Positions 62,950-64,000 of a DNA stretch of 64,000 nt are shown here, piece by piece. The translations under genes were made by a program, and so were the position numbers. The first letter of the stretch is position 1, and every line of letters begins with the position of its first letter. The stretch covers positions 9,306 to 73,305 of the forward strand of contig CAJFCJ010000040.1 in assembly GCA_904063045.1 (NCBI GenBank), in the 5' to 3' direction. Below the pieces are notes generated by a model. That model did not search any database. It saw only the letters and a list, made by a program, of their open reading frames with translations, and was not told the origin of the DNA. This DNA comes from Dimorphilus gyrociliatus (Eukaryota > Animalia > Annelida).

Positions 62950-64000
62950 CTAGTAGTTTAAATAACAAACTTGAACTTTATCCTGAATGAAACTATGCAA
63001 TTGAATGGTAAAATAGACTTTTCCTACCAGAAAATTTGATTGTTTACAAGTGAAGATATATCTATTAAATCTATTCTCTCCTTTGGCCAACATTTTTAGA
63101 TTACACGCTTCTTTTACGTCTCTATCATCTCTATTCTCAATTAATGGAAATACTTTAATATAATTTAACAGGTTGTTACTGTCAAACTTTAATACTATTT
63201 CCGGTTGAATTATAGTTGAATGAACTGCAATTCCATTCCATTTCGATGTTTCTATTGTTGAATATTTTCTTGATATATTTAAACAAGTTGAATATGAAAA
63301 ATCGTGTAGGTTTTCGCCATTTGTTTCAATACATTCTTCATTCAGTAAATACCTAATTGTTCTTCCTTCTGTTAAGAGAATAAAAATGAAGAATGAGAGA
63401 GAGAGAGAGAGAGAGAGAGACAAGTTCTTACCAATATCATAGAGCTGTAACATATGACTTTGATCTGTTAAAAGATTCTGAAATTGAATTCGAGACGCTA
63501 AAATTCCATTTGCGTTGAATGGAAAACTAATATACGTGCTGACACCATAAACTATCCCATTTCCAAATTGTAACATTCCATCATTCATTGTAATCCAAAA
63601 GTATCTCCATTCATTGCATTTTATAAATTCAATGATTTCGTTAGTGTAATAAGTTTTTGAATTGAATTTTATAAATGTTTTTTCACTGTTTGACAATAAC
63701 AATTCAAAGATGGCGTCGTTGTTAGATGAATACAATTTCAATTGAAATTGTCCACAAGTATTGCCTGTTGTATTTATTCCATATAAACCAAAAATGAAAG
63801 CTTTAAAACTGACAGAGGTAAGAGTTGAAGGCAAATGATAAAATACTGCTGTTGTATCCTTAATTGTGTATTCTTTCCTTGGTAAAACTGGAAATATAAA
63901 GAAAACAATGAAATGATAAGATAAAGAAAAGATACTACCATCCGCAAACACTTGGAAAAGACCCAGTCCAACATTCTTTTCAACATTAGATGGTAATTTA
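62950..64000 (-). CDS. Farnesoic acid O-methyltransferase (Methyltransf_FA)-like domain protein, 5' incomplete
   Basis: FELLL...IKCNEWRYFWITMNDGMLQFGNG resembles the FAMeT motif C.E.R.FWI.W..G.I.VG.G. An intron with a (CT)n tract lies at about 63370-63430. Confidence 0.6.
   Translation of the reverse strand, partial: KLPSNVEKNVGLGLFQVFADGSIFSLSYHFIVFFIFPVLPRKEYTIKDTTAVFYHLPSTLTSVSFKAFIFGLYGINTTGNTCGQFQLKLYSSNNDAIFELLLSNSEKTFIKFNSKTYYTNEIIEFIKCNEWRYFWITMNDGMLQFGNGIVYGVSTYISFPFNANGILASRIQFQNLLTDQSHMLQLYDIGKNLSLSLSLSLSFFIFILLTEGRTIRYLLNEECIETNGENLHDFSYSTCLNISRKYSTIETSKWNGIAVHSTIIQPEIVLKFDSNNLLNYIKVFPLIENRDDRDVKEACNLKMLAKGENRFNRYIFTCKQSNFLVGKVYFTIQLHSFIQDKVQVCYLNY

Noticed and set aside
63396-63420. 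(GA)n microsatellite, also near 7111 and 10894
   Set aside because: Ordinary short intronic or intergenic microsatellites.
1-64000. CRISPR array or prokaryotic operon
   Set aside because: No regularly spaced identical repeats with unique spacers. Genes have spliceosomal introns and metazoan domains.

Overview
AT-rich eukaryotic (metazoan, probably lophotrochozoan-type) genomic DNA with short GT-AG introns of about 45-100 nt. Host-like genes: two duplicated CD225/dispanin genes flanking a VWA-Cache (CACHD1/alpha2delta-like) gene, two genes ending in an ITIH-C-terminal-like (GDPH) domain, several ribonuclease-inhibitor-type LRR genes or fragments, a stand-alone CNTNAP-type fibrinogen/COLFI-like ORF, a KY/hillarin-type transglutaminase-like gene, a C1q domain, a COR/death-like gene, a GRL101-like LDLa-LRR GPCR, an FAMeT-domain gene and a degenerate tRNA-Leu(UAA). 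Several carry frameshifts or in-frame stops. Mobile DNA is dense. There are three Mutator (MULE) transposase copies, one of them a full-length PHD-FLYWCH-DDE element with sub-repeated TIRs and a perfect 9-bp TSD. There are six complete 206-212 bp MULE-type MITEs that share a TTAGGG/G-run core but have three different TIR types, plus Ty3/gypsy and mariner remnants. An unclassified patchwork repeat recurs at more than 10 loci as the same modules in different orders and orientations. It includes LTR-like TG...CA cassettes joined by palindromes, LINE-like fragments and a 37-nt piece shared with a host signal-peptide exon. The MITE/MULE system and the patchwork repeat are the best candidates for something undescribed. 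All domain calls come from motif recognition by eye, not database searches.
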